Part shown: positions 45,089 through 53,631 of the stretch, piece by piece | Layout: every line of letters begins with the position of its first letter | Position numbering within the stretch: position 1 is the stretch's first letter | Source of the DNA: Candidatus Saccharimonadota bacterium | GTDB taxonomy: Bacteria; Patescibacteriota; Saccharimonadia; Saccharimonadales; JAQGHD01 | Length of the DNA: 64,000 bases | Direction of reading: 5' to 3' | Assembly (NCBI GenBank): GCA_028288965.1 | Contig: JAQGHD010000008.1 | Location: 22,390 to 86,389 of the forward strand | Program-made: the position numbers and the translations under genes | The notes under the pieces: model-generated | The model's database searches: none | What the model was told of the DNA's origin: nothing | The model's input: only the letters and a program-made list of their open reading frames with translations

Positions 45089-46681
45089 ATGGATCGCTTC
45101 ATAAAACGCGCTAATACTCGAATTTCACTTGGTGGCGCGGCAGCTCTACTTATATCAACCTCTATGTTCGGGCAGATCCTGGGGTTTTTACGTATCAAGT
45201 TGGTGAATGCTAACTTTTCAGCCCTGGGGCCACAGAGCACCGACGCTTATTTTGCGGCCTTTAAAATTCCTGATTTCTTTTTCTTTACTCTAGCAGCCGG
45301 AGCCTTAGGTGTGGCCTTTATGCCGATTTTGTCGGATCACATTCATAGAGGTGATAGAAAAGGCGTCTGGGATCTGACCTCTAGCCTGATGAATCTCTTG
45401 ACTATTATTATGGCGGGCGTAGCCGTCATTATTTTGATTTTTGCGCCGCAACTGCTGCACTACATTGTGGCCCCAAAATTGACTCCCGAGCAATTGCATA
45501 ACGCCGCCAGCATTATGCGGCTGATTGCTCTTAATCCTTTGCTCTTTACGCTATCGGGCATTTTAGTCAGTGTGCAACAAACATACGGGCGGTTCTTTTT
45601 TTATGCCATAGCCCCACTGTTTTATAACGCTTCAATCATTATGAGCATCTTTGTCTTCAAAAATAACTGGGGACTGATTGGTCTTGGGCTGGGTGCCTTG
45701 ATTGGTGCCCTGCTGCAACTGACAATTGCATTCTTAGGCATTGCCGGCATGGGCTTTAAATATTGGCCAAAAATTAATTGGCGTAGTAGTGACTTCCGAC
45801 TGATATTAAAGCAACTACCGCCTCGATCAGTGGATCAAGGAATTGATTCTATTAACAGTATTGTGGAGACCAACTTTGCCCGTCGGCTGGGGGAGGGAAA
45901 TATCAGTTTTTACGAAAATGCCTATATGCTGCACACAGCGCCAATTCTGCTTATTGGTACCAGTGTGTCCACGGCAGCCTTTCCGCGCCTAACGGCCAGA
46001 TTGTCCCAAAACAGGCCGGACTTATTTCGTAAAGAATTCTTACAGGTGCTGCGGGCTATGGTTTGGATCATTATGCCGGTGGTGGTCATCAGCTACTTTG
46101 CCCGTGGTTATTTGGCGCGTTTGATTTTTGCTAAAGATGCACCAGAAATTGCTCTGATTTTTGGCTACCTCACAGGTGCCATATTTTTTAGGACCATTTA
46201 CGCCATTATCTCGCGTTATTTTTATGCCCATAAAGATACCAAAACGCCATTGTTTGTATCACTGTTTGCAATTGGACTGAATATTCTACTGGCTTGGCGA
46301 TTGTCCCGTTCCACCTCGTACGGGGTGGCGGGCTTGGCGCTAGCGGAATCCTTCGTGGCTTTAGGCGAAGTGGTTATACTATCGCTCGTAATGGTCGTCC
46401 GCGATCCCAAGCTACTGGATAAAACCTTTTGGGGTGGCATTGTCAGGATCTTATCGGTCACCGGCTTTAGCGTCCTGGCCGCCTTTATTATGGTTTCTAT
46501 CTTGCCGCTCAATATTGCTGATCGCGGCTTTGTAACACTTGGTACTAAGCTGACGCTCATAGCGGGGGTTACTATTTTGGTTCATGTAAGTATCTCGTAC
46601 TTATTTGATCTAGAAGAGGCTCGGCCAATCATTGATAAACTCAAGCGAATTATTCTTCGGCCTATTAAGGTTCAGTTGTAA
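45089..46681 (+). CDS. murJ: lipid II flippase MurJ (MviN)
   Basis: About 14 TM. N-terminal FGQILGFLRIKLVNANFSALGPQSTDAYFAAFKIPDFFF is typical of MurJ. Confidence 0.85.
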   Translation: MDRFIKRANTRISLGGAAALLISTSMFGQILGFLRIKLVNANFSALGPQSTDAYFAAFKIPDFFFFTLAAGALGVAFMPILSDHIHRGDRKGVWDLTSSLMNLLTIIMAGVAVIILIFAPQLLHYIVAPKLTPEQLHNAASIMRLIALNPLLFTLSGILVSVQQTYGRFFFYAIAPLFYNASIIMSIFVFKNNWGLIGLGLGALIGALLQLTIAFLGIAGMGFKYWPKINWRSSDFRLILKQLPPRSVDQGIDSINSIVETNFARRLGEGNISFYENAYMLHTAPILLIGTSVSTAAFPRLTARLSQNRPDLFRKEFLQVLRAMVWIIMPVVVISYFARGYLARLIFAKDAPEIALIFGYLTGAIFFRTIYAIISRYFYAHKDTKTPLFVSLFAIGLNILLAWRLSRSTSYGVAGLALAESFVALGEVVILSLVMVVRDPKLLDKTFWGGIVRILSVTGFSVLAAFIMVSILPLNIADRGFVTLGTKLTLIAGVTILVHVSISYLFDLEEARPIIDKLKRIILRPIKVQL

Positions 46682-46740
46682 CCGTTGTTTTAGTAGGTGT
46701 TTTGCCCTATGCTGAATAAAAGCATAAGCAAGGAAAACAT

Positions 46741-47052
46741 ATGAGGAAAAACCAAGCCGGGTTCAGTGTTGTAGAAGGACTACTGGTGCTGATTATTATT
46801 GCCATTATTGGGTTTATTGGTTGGTATGTACTTAAGGCCAAAAACAAAACCACCACGAGTTATAACAATACCAATTCCAGCACATCTGCCGTAGCCTCTA
46901 AAGCTACCTCGTCGAGCGCTACAGATAACACAAGTTTGGATAAAGATTTATCAGATGCCAACGGCAGCCTAACCCAGGGCAACCAGAACCTGAGTTCGGC
47001 AGATGCGTCCCTAAACGATCAGAGCCGTCAAGTAACGGTACCAACGGAGTAA
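46741..47052 (+). CDS. short type IV pilin-like protein
   Basis: MRKNQAG|FSVVEGLLVLIIIAIIGFIGWYV followed by an S/T/N-rich tail. Confidence 0.7.
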   Translation: MRKNQAGFSVVEGLLVLIIIAIIGFIGWYVLKAKNKTTTSYNNTNSSTSAVASKATSSSATDNTSLDKDLSDANGSLTQGNQNLSSADASLNDQSRQVTVPTE

Positions 47053-47056
47053 TGCC

Positions 47057-47782
47057 ATGAAAAAGAAGTTCTCCTCCAAAATCATATATATCAGCGCCGT
47101 GTTAGTTGGTTCAAGTTTGTTGGCCGCTCCAGCTTTAGCCGCAAGAGCAGCTACAGCCTCGAGCGATGCCGCTCTGACCACCGCTCAGCAGCAACGACTG
47201 GACAACATTAAAACTCGCGGCGCCAACGAAATTAATCGCCGGCTTACGGCACTCAATAATGTACTTGGCCGAATAAGCTCCGCTTCTAAATTATCTGCGG
47301 AGAATAAAGCCACGCTCACCACCGCCGTAAAAGATGAAGTGACCGGACTCACTACGCTTAAATCTAAATTAGCAGCCGACACCGCACTGGATGCAGCCAA
47401 AGCCGATGCCCAAAGCGTCATTAATGATTACCGAGTATATGCCTTGCTGCTTCCAAAAGTTTGGCTCCTACGAGCTGTAGATGCCGAGCAGGTCAGTGAG
47501 GACAAGTTGACAGCCCTAGCCACCAAGCTAAAAACTCGGATTGATGCCGCTAAGCCCCCAGTGCCTGATGCCCAAACTAAACTTGATGATATGAATGCTA
47601 AAATTGCCGCCGCCAAAACCATTACCACTAATCTAGAGGCAAAACTTTTGCCCTTGCAACCCACCGACTACAATAGCGATCACACGGTATTAAGTGGCTC
47701 GCTAGCCCAAATTAAGCAAGCTCACACTGACAACAAAGCTGCTTATGATGATGCCAAGGCTATTCGGGCGGCCTTAAAATAA
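47057..47782 (+). CDS. secreted coiled-coil protein
   Basis: Signal peptide ISAVLVGSSLLAAPALAARA. Helical repeats similar in style to 8318-8986. Confidence 0.5.
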   Translation: MKKKFSSKIIYISAVLVGSSLLAAPALAARAATASSDAALTTAQQQRLDNIKTRGANEINRRLTALNNVLGRISSASKLSAENKATLTTAVKDEVTGLTTLKSKLAADTALDAAKADAQSVINDYRVYALLLPKVWLLRAVDAEQVSEDKLTALATKLKTRIDAAKPPVPDAQTKLDDMNAKIAAAKTITTNLEAKLLPLQPTDYNSDHTVLSGSLAQIKQAHTDNKAAYDDAKAIRAALK

Positions 47783-47786
47783 GCGC

Positions 47787-48365
47787 TTAGATAATTCGCT
47801 GGTGAAGCAACAGTAAAATTTGCGGATAGTGACTGGTAAACAGCCAAATGTCTACGACTGCCAGTGCGGGCAAAACCAACCAGTTTTCGGCAAACTTACC
47901 AGTTGTTACCCGTAAGGCTTTTAGTGGCGGAAAACCGAATTTTATGGGGATGGGCAGCAGCCACGGCACACCTTCTTTAGTAAATGAATCCATAACCAGG
48001 TGCGATGTCATGCCAATCATAAAAGCCCACCATATGTAGCCGATGTTGGTATGCGGCATCAGCGGGTGCACAAAGCTCAACAGCATTTTAGACAAAAACC
48101 CAAACAGCGCCAGTCCTAGAACAGAGTGAGTTAAAAAGCGGTGGCCGCCCATAAGGTTATCAAAAAACTTGCCAAATAAACGGGTAATTGGTAAGTTGCG
48201 CCAAAACGGTGCCGTTGGCTGGTCGATATCTGGCGTAATGCCGCCAATTTGATTAGCCAGGATAGCAATAATAGCTGTGCTGGGGGAAATGGTCCCAAAG
48301 GGATGCAGCAGCACCACGACACCAAGCGCGGTAATGGCGGCTAAATCGTGAGTACGGGCGGTCAT
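47787..48365 (-). CDS. membrane-bound metal-dependent hydrolase (YdjM/DUF457-like)
   Basis: N-terminal THDLAAITALG, HRFLTHS and SHLVMDSFT His/Asp motifs in a polytopic protein. Confidence 0.55.
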   Translation of the reverse strand: MTARTHDLAAITALGVVVLLHPFGTISPSTAIIAILANQIGGITPDIDQPTAPFWRNLPITRLFGKFFDNLMGGHRFLTHSVLGLALFGFLSKMLLSFVHPLMPHTNIGYIWWAFMIGMTSHLVMDSFTKEGVPWLLPIPIKFGFPPLKALRVTTGKFAENWLVLPALAVVDIWLFTSHYPQILLLLHQRII

Positions 48366-48386
48366 CCACCCTATTATACGCGGTGC

Positions 48387-48653
48387 TTATGGTTCGTGCT
48401 GGCGAAGTCGTCGACGCTGTCTTATAATTCGGCGGCGTTCCCGCTCGCTGGCACCGCCCCAGACGCCATGTTCAATGCGATTTTCTAAGGCGTATTCCAA
48501 GCACTGTTCTTGCACTGGGCAGGCTTGACAGGTTGCCTTCACAGCTTCCACGCCCAAGCCGTCAGATGGGAAATAGTCGTTCGGACCATCACCTCGACAT
48601 TTGGCTTTTTCCATCCATAATTCATCATCTGGGAAAATAGGTTCTGGTTCCAT
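48387..48653 (-). CDS. whiB: WhiB-like (Wbl) Fe-S transcription factor
   Basis: Cys pattern C-x22-C-x2-C-x5-C (KCRG...TCQACPVQEQC), G[VI]WGG turn (HGVWGG), basic C-terminal tail RRRIIRQRRRLRQ. Confidence 0.85.
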   Translation of the reverse strand: MEPEPIFPDDELWMEKAKCRGDGPNDYFPSDGLGVEAVKATCQACPVQEQCLEYALENRIEHGVWGGASERERRRIIRQRRRLRQHEP

Positions 48654-48748
48654 AGTAAATGTACACTACGCGTTTTCTATAATAATTGCAAGAAAAAGCA
48701 AACTAGCCCTTATCTTTACGTGTGTACCCCTGTATACTGTCAGATGAC

Positions 48749-50542
48749 ATGAACCAAAGTTTTATTCGAAATTTTTGTATTATTGCTCATATTGACCACG
48801 GCAAATCAACCCTGGCTGATAGGCTACTGGAGCTGACTGGCACCATCGAAAAGCGCAACATGCGGGCGCAGCTGCTGGACCGTATGGATTTGGAGCGCGA
48901 GAAGGGCATTACCATAAAGCTGGCACCAGTGCGCATGGATTACACCCAAGATGGTCAAACGTATCAGCTCAATCTTATTGACACGCCTGGACATGTGGAT
49001 TTTAGTTATGAAGTGTCGCGCAGCCTAGAGGCTTGCGAAGGCGCCGTCTTGGTGGTGGATGCCACCCAGGGCATTCAAGCTCAAACCCTGGCTAATGTGT
49101 ATTTGGCTATGGATGCCGACCTAAAAATCATACCGGTTATGAACAAAATTGATTTGCCGGCCGCCGACCCTGTAAAAGTTTCGGCCGAAATAGTCGGACT
49201 GTTGGGTTGCAAACCAGAAGACATCTTGCATATCTCGGCCAAGACCGGTCAAGGCGTTGAAGCCGTCTTGCAAGCCGTGATTGAGCAGGTGCCGGCGCCG
49301 AATGGTCACGCTGATCAGCCAGCCAGAGCGCTGATATTTGATAGTTATTACGATGATTACCGGGGCGTTATTTTGTACGTGCGCGCCAAAGATGGTCAGA
49401 TAGCTAAAAATGCTGGCATAACCATGCTGGCTACCAGCGCCCAAGGTATTGCTCTGGAAACCGGAGCGCTTAAGCCGGATATGAAAGCGCTGCCGGCCAT
49501 TCACACAGGCGAGATTGGCTACATTGTGACCAACCTAAAAAGCACTCGTCAGGCTCGGGTTGGCGATACCGTCACGCTCACCAGCCAGCCAGCCAAGCAA
49601 GCCCTGCCGGGGTATAAAGACATTCATCCGTTTGTCTATGCTGGCTTTTTCCCAGATAGCAACGAAAACTATCAATTGCTAAAAGACGCCATAGAAAAAC
49701 TTTCTCTAAGTGATTCGGCGCTACAGTATTCGCTAGAAAATTCTCCAGTCCTGGGCTTTGGTGTGCGGGTTGGTTTTTTGGGGCTGCTGCACATGGACAT
49801 TGTCCGCGAACGGCTAGAGCGGGAGTATGATCTTGAGCTGGTGGTGACCAATCCCTCTACGGATTACCAGATTACCCTACTCAATAACGAAGAAGTAGAC
49901 ATAAAAAGTGCTGCCGACTTGCCCGATCCTGCCAATATTAAAGAAATTCGTGAGCCATGGATAAAGGGCGAGGTAGTAGTCCCAAAGGATTACGTCGGCA
50001 ACGTCATTCAGCTTATCTCCGCTAAGCGTGGCTTGCAAAAGAACCTCAGCTACGTGGATGCCCAATTGGCAGTGTTGACTTTTGAAGCGCCGTTGGCCAA
50101 CCTGCTAACTGATTTTTATGATCAACTCAAGAGCGTCACCAGTGGCTACGGATCGTTTAATTACGAACTGGCCGGCTACCAGGCCGAGGATTTAGTAAAG
50201 CTAGATTTTTATGTGGCTGGTGAGCGCGTCGATGCCCTGAGCATTATGGTCCACCGCAGTGAATCGCAGCGCTTGGGTCGCGAAGTGGTAGAGAAACTCA
50301 AAGAAGTTATTCCACGCCAACAGTTCCAGGTAAGCTTGCAGGCAGCCATTGGTGGTAAGTTCATTGCCCGTGAAGACATTAGCGCTTTTAGAAAAGACGT
50401 TACCACTGGATTATATGGTGGTGATGTATCGCGTAAGAAAAAAGTGCTCGCCAAACAAGCCAAGGGTAAAAAACGGATGAAGCGCTTTGGCAAGGTAGAC
50501 ATTCCGGCCGACGCCTTTACGGTTATGCTCAAACGTGACTAG
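48749..50542 (+). CDS. lepA: elongation factor 4 (LepA)
   Basis: FCIIAHIDHGKSTLADRLL, DTPGHVDF, NKIDL, and the LepA-specific C-terminal domain. Confidence 0.95.
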   Translation: MNQSFIRNFCIIAHIDHGKSTLADRLLELTGTIEKRNMRAQLLDRMDLEREKGITIKLAPVRMDYTQDGQTYQLNLIDTPGHVDFSYEVSRSLEACEGAVLVVDATQGIQAQTLANVYLAMDADLKIIPVMNKIDLPAADPVKVSAEIVGLLGCKPEDILHISAKTGQGVEAVLQAVIEQVPAPNGHADQPARALIFDSYYDDYRGVILYVRAKDGQIAKNAGITMLATSAQGIALETGALKPDMKALPAIHTGEIGYIVTNLKSTRQARVGDTVTLTSQPAKQALPGYKDIHPFVYAGFFPDSNENYQLLKDAIEKLSLSDSALQYSLENSPVLGFGVRVGFLGLLHMDIVRERLEREYDLELVVTNPSTDYQITLLNNEEVDIKSAADLPDPANIKEIREPWIKGEVVVPKDYVGNVIQLISAKRGLQKNLSYVDAQLAVLTFEAPLANLLTDFYDQLKSVTSGYGSFNYELAGYQAEDLVKLDFYVAGERVDALSIMVHRSESQRLGREVVEKLKEVIPRQQFQVSLQAAIGGKFIAREDISAFRKDVTTGLYGGDVSRKKKVLAKQAKGKKRMKRFGKVDIPADAFTVMLKRD

Positions 50543-50599
50543 TCGCTGACAAAAGCCTGATATCTACTCAATATGTTTTGTTTCTGCTATATATGTATT

Positions 50600-51343
50600 A
50601 TGGGTACACTCGTTCATTTAGATGAGTTTAAGACTTTATTGCAGAATTACTCCGTTTCGGAAGCCACCAAGCAGGCACTTAAACGGATAGATTTTGTGGC
50701 GCTGGTGGCGCCTACTTCTTCCGGGCGCAACACTATTATTCGCGAACTGCTCAAGACGGGGAACTATCGCTTTGTGGTTTCTGATACCACTCGGGCGCCG
50801 CGTGAAAACGATGGGATCATGGAGCGAGATGGCGTGGAATATTGGTTTAGGTCAGAAGAAGAAGTCTTGATTGAACTACGTGCCGGCGAGATGCTAGAGG
50901 CGGCAGTTATACATAACCAACAAATTTCGGGCATAAGTTTGCGTGAGCTTAAGACGGCCATTACCGAAGATAAAATTGCCATTACCGATATGGAGATTAT
51001 GGGCGTGGCAACTATAAAGCGGTTAAAACCAGATGCCAAAGTGATTTATGTTTTACCACCAGGGTTTGAGGAGTGGCAGCGCCGTCTCATGCACCGCGGC
51101 AAGATGACAAAACCTGAACTGCAGCGCCGTATGGAAAGCGCCAGTCAAGAACTGGCTGCCGCCCTGCAACACGATTACTACCTGTTTGTCGTTAATGACG
51201 ATGTAGATCGCGCCGCCGAAGTCATCAACAGTATTGCTCGCTTTGATAGTGTCAATAACGTGGAACAAACTCGTGGCCGTCAGATTGCCGAGCAGCTATA
51301 TATAGAAACTCGTACTTTCCTCGGCGCTAAACAAACCAGCTAG
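50600..51343 (+). CDS. guanylate kinase-like protein with degenerate P-loop
   Basis: GMP-binding block SDTTRAPRENDG...GVEYWF...MLEAA is present. The P-loop position reads APTSSGRNT instead of GPSGxGK[ST]. Confidence 0.6.
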   Translation: MGTLVHLDEFKTLLQNYSVSEATKQALKRIDFVALVAPTSSGRNTIIRELLKTGNYRFVVSDTTRAPRENDGIMERDGVEYWFRSEEEVLIELRAGEMLEAAVIHNQQISGISLRELKTAITEDKIAITDMEIMGVATIKRLKPDAKVIYVLPPGFEEWQRRLMHRGKMTKPELQRRMESASQELAAALQHDYYLFVVNDDVDRAAEVINSIARFDSVNNVEQTRGRQIAEQLYIETRTFLGAKQTS

Positions 51344-51370
51344 CTAGCACTCTTGACTCGTGAGTGCTAA
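51344..51370 (+). promoter_or_regulatory. CIRCE operator 1 (HrcA binding site)
   Basis: cTAGCACTC-N9-GAGTGCTAA versus consensus TTAGCACTC-N9-GAGTGCTAA. Its spacer contains TTGACT (51353-58), which lies 18 nt from TAAAAT (51377-82). Confidence 0.85.
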
Positions 51371-51390
51371 TTGCACTAAAATGTGAGGTA

Positions 51391-51417
51391 CTAGCACTGT
51401 AGGAGTGTGAGTGCAAA
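51391..51417 (+). promoter_or_regulatory. CIRCE operator 2 (degenerate)
   Basis: CTAGCACTg-N9-GAGTGCaAA, overlapping the hrcA SD region and ending 2 nt before ATG 51420. Confidence 0.6.
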
Positions 51418-51419
51418 AT

Positions 51420-52124
51420 ATGACTGACCGACAGAGTAAAATTCTAGCCGCCATCGTCGAGCAATACGCCGAAGTTGCCAGCCCAGTAGGTTCTAGCTTA
51501 TTGGCCAAGGCTTTTAGCGTCAGTTCGGCGACTGTTCGGGCCGAAATGGCCCAGCTAGAAGAGCACGGCTTCATTATGCAACCTCATACCAGTGCCGGAC
51601 GGGTGCCAACAGATAAAGGCTACCGTTATTACGTTAACAATTTACACGCCCAAAAGCCGTCCATGGCTGATCGTCGTGGCGAGCGTGCCCTGACTGCTCG
51701 GCTAGCTGAAGGAAATGTTCCGGAGCGAACTATTCGTAACGCTGTAGACACCCTTGTGGAGCTGACGCATAACTTAGGCCTAGCAACCATTGGTGACCAA
51801 TTGTACATGAGCGGGCTCAGCAACTTGTTTGGCCAGCCGGAATTCATGAATCGCAACCAGGTCCAAGAGGTTGCTAGGTTGCTAGACAACTTAGAGCCCT
51901 GGATCCGCGAAGCTGCTCCCAACGAACCGCTCAGCGTATTTATCGGTCGAGAAAACCCAATTGGCCGTGGTGCCGGTTGCTCACTGATCATTAGCCGCTT
52001 TCGCAGTCCGTATAGTGATCGCAGCTACATTGGCATGCTGGGCCCAACTCGCCAAAGCTACCGAGATGTCATGACCCTGGTCCAGCACGCCGGCGAAGCT
52101 TTAGAGGAAGTTTTGTATGGATAA
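51420..52124 (+). CDS. hrcA: heat-inducible transcription repressor HrcA (short form, 234 aa)
   Basis: N-terminal wHTH RQSKILAAIVEQYAEVASPVGSSLLA...SSATVRAEMAQLEEHGFIMQPHTSAGRVPTDKGYRYYV. CIRCE sites lie upstream. Confidence 0.85.
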   Translation: MTDRQSKILAAIVEQYAEVASPVGSSLLAKAFSVSSATVRAEMAQLEEHGFIMQPHTSAGRVPTDKGYRYYVNNLHAQKPSMADRRGERALTARLAEGNVPERTIRNAVDTLVELTHNLGLATIGDQLYMSGLSNLFGQPEFMNRNQVQEVARLLDNLEPWIREAAPNEPLSVFIGRENPIGRGAGCSLIISRFRSPYSDRSYIGMLGPTRQSYRDVMTLVQHAGEALEEVLYG

Positions 52125-52401
52125 TGCTGATTACGAGATGTCGCCGGATAAATTCATGAGTGAGTTGGATATTCTGGCTGCTTATGCCCAAGCTATCCAG
52201 CAAGACGATGCGTATTACCGAGAGTTTGATAGCTGGTTAATGCGGGGTCGGCAGGGTGAACCGCCTGTTGACGTAAACGCAGTAGGTGAACTAAACAATG
52301 TTCTCACTGGACAAGGAGTTCCAACGCCAGTCATTGTTGTTCAAAGAGAAAAAGCTTATCAGCTCATTGAGTCACTTGGCCAGGAGGCAAAGAATGATTA
52401 A
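52117..52401 (+). CDS. hypothetical acidic protein (94 aa) between hrcA and grpE
   Basis: Its ATG overlaps the hrcA stop (ATGGATAA) and its stop overlaps the grpE ATG (ATGATTAA). GAGGAAG upstream. Confidence 0.5.
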   Translation: MDNADYEMSPDKFMSELDILAAYAQAIQQDDAYYREFDSWLMRGRQGEPPVDVNAVGELNNVLTGQGVPTPVIVVQREKAYQLIESLGQEAKND

Positions 52402-52879
52402 GAAGCAACAGCAACCGCCTATGGAAGACCAGCTGTTGGAAATGCAGCAGCAAATCGGCGAACTAACTGAGGCCCTGCAGCGCGAGCGGGCTGATGCTGC
52501 CAACTTGCGCCGCCGCCATGATGAGCAAATTAGCGGACTCAAAACAATGGTCAAGGCCAACGTGGTCCGTGAGTTGTTACCAGCTCTAGATAACCTGGAG
52601 CGTTCCCTCAAGCATGTGCCCAAAGGTCTAGAGAAGAACGACTACGTCAAAGGTGTGCACGCGACCGCTAAACAGTTTGAGAAAACTCTCAACGACATGG
52701 GCGTACACCGCATCCCCACCGTGGGCCAAGTGTTTAACCCGCGTCTACATGAAGCAGTGGCCATGGAAGAAGGAGCCGGCACGGTTGAAGTCGTAGCGCA
52801 GGAACTTCAACCCGGTTACACCTTGGGCAACGAAGTTATCCGCCACGCCATGGTGCGAGTAAAGATGGAGGAAAAGTAA
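52394..52879 (+). CDS. grpE: nucleotide exchange factor GrpE
   Basis: Coiled-coil N-terminus plus LLPALDNLERSL and FNPRLHEAV..E...G.V.....GY blocks. AGGAGG 7 nt upstream of ATG 52394. Confidence 0.85.
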   Translation: MIKKQQQPPMEDQLLEMQQQIGELTEALQRERADAANLRRRHDEQISGLKTMVKANVVRELLPALDNLERSLKHVPKGLEKNDYVKGVHATAKQFEKTLNDMGVHRIPTVGQVFNPRLHEAVAMEEGAGTVEVVAQELQPGYTLGNEVIRHAMVRVKMEEK

Positions 52880-53259
52880 TGGCATCACCAAATCTATCAC
52901 GAACATGTAACGAAAACTGTGTAATTGATAATCCGGATATGACATATTCAGGATCCCCAATAGTCTTGGGACCTGAGGGTCAAAATGCAACCAGAGAAGA
53001 AGCTTTTTTCAGTGCAAGAATGGTGCTCGCAAGAATTTTAGTCGTATACGGTACTGATAAAATTTCGACAGGTGAACATGATACAGAAGGACAGGAAGTA
53101 TTTACGTTAGCTCGAGAATGTCTACAAAGGATTAAAAATGGAGACTGCGGAACATACATTCTAAATACAGAACAGTATCCAGGATACCCCGAAGCATTAA
53201 TCAGTTATGAAGATGCAAAAAATAGATTAGGAATTAAAGAAGGAGAAAACGATGGGTAA
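52879..53259 (+). CDS. hypothetical protein (126 aa), chaperone-operon cassette gene 1
   Basis: TAATG overlap with grpE; GGAGG upstream. Low-GC segment. No motif recognised. Confidence 0.55.
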   Translation: MASPNLSRTCNENCVIDNPDMTYSGSPIVLGPEGQNATREEAFFSARMVLARILVVYGTDKISTGEHDTEGQEVFTLARECLQRIKNGDCGTYILNTEQYPGYPEALISYEDAKNRLGIKEGENDG

Positions 53260-53413
53260 CGAATCATTTCCATCAGAAAACGTTCGAGGATTAGACTTTC
53301 AGCCTAAAGTTGGCGATTTGTTTGATGATGGCCGAGCTATTTGCACAACCGACAATGGCGCTAACAATCCCCCAGGAATATTGAGGCATCCTAACCACGG
53401 GGAAACCAAATGA
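53252..53413 (+). CDS. hypothetical small protein (53 aa), cassette gene 2 (not in ORF track)
   Basis: AAGGAG 7 nt upstream. ATGGGTAA overlap with gene 1 and ATGA overlap with gene 3. Encodes MGNESFPSENVRGLDFQPKVGDLFDDGRAICTTDNGANNPPGILRHPNHGETK. Confidence 0.45.
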   Translation: MGNESFPSENVRGLDFQPKVGDLFDDGRAICTTDNGANNPPGILRHPNHGETK

Positions 53414-53628
53414 GTGAACGATTGAGTCTATGGCCACCAAAACGGAGGCGTCAACAAGTAGAAGCTTTGGTAACTCGGCAAATTGTTGAACCAGCGTTAG
53501 AGCGAGAAGCAAACTTTACGAGAAAGGCTGATGAGGTGACCGCGTCGTTGGCATGGTTTGAAGCTTCAGTCAATCTGTTGGACGGGATAGTAAAAGGAGA
53601 AATAATAATTGATCCAGAAGGAGAATAA
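53410..53628 (+). CDS. hypothetical protein (72 aa), cassette gene 3
   Basis: ATGA coupling to the upstream ORF. No motif recognised. Confidence 0.5.
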   Translation: MSERLSLWPPKRRRQQVEALVTRQIVEPALEREANFTRKADEVTASLAWFEASVNLLDGIVKGEIIIDPEGE

Positions 53629-53631
53629 ATT

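Noticed and set aside
52298-52393. Longer GrpE model starting at ATG 52298
   Set aside because: It has no SD, and the GrpE-like sequence begins only after 52394, which has AGGAGG 7 nt upstream. The extension overlaps orf94 out of frame.
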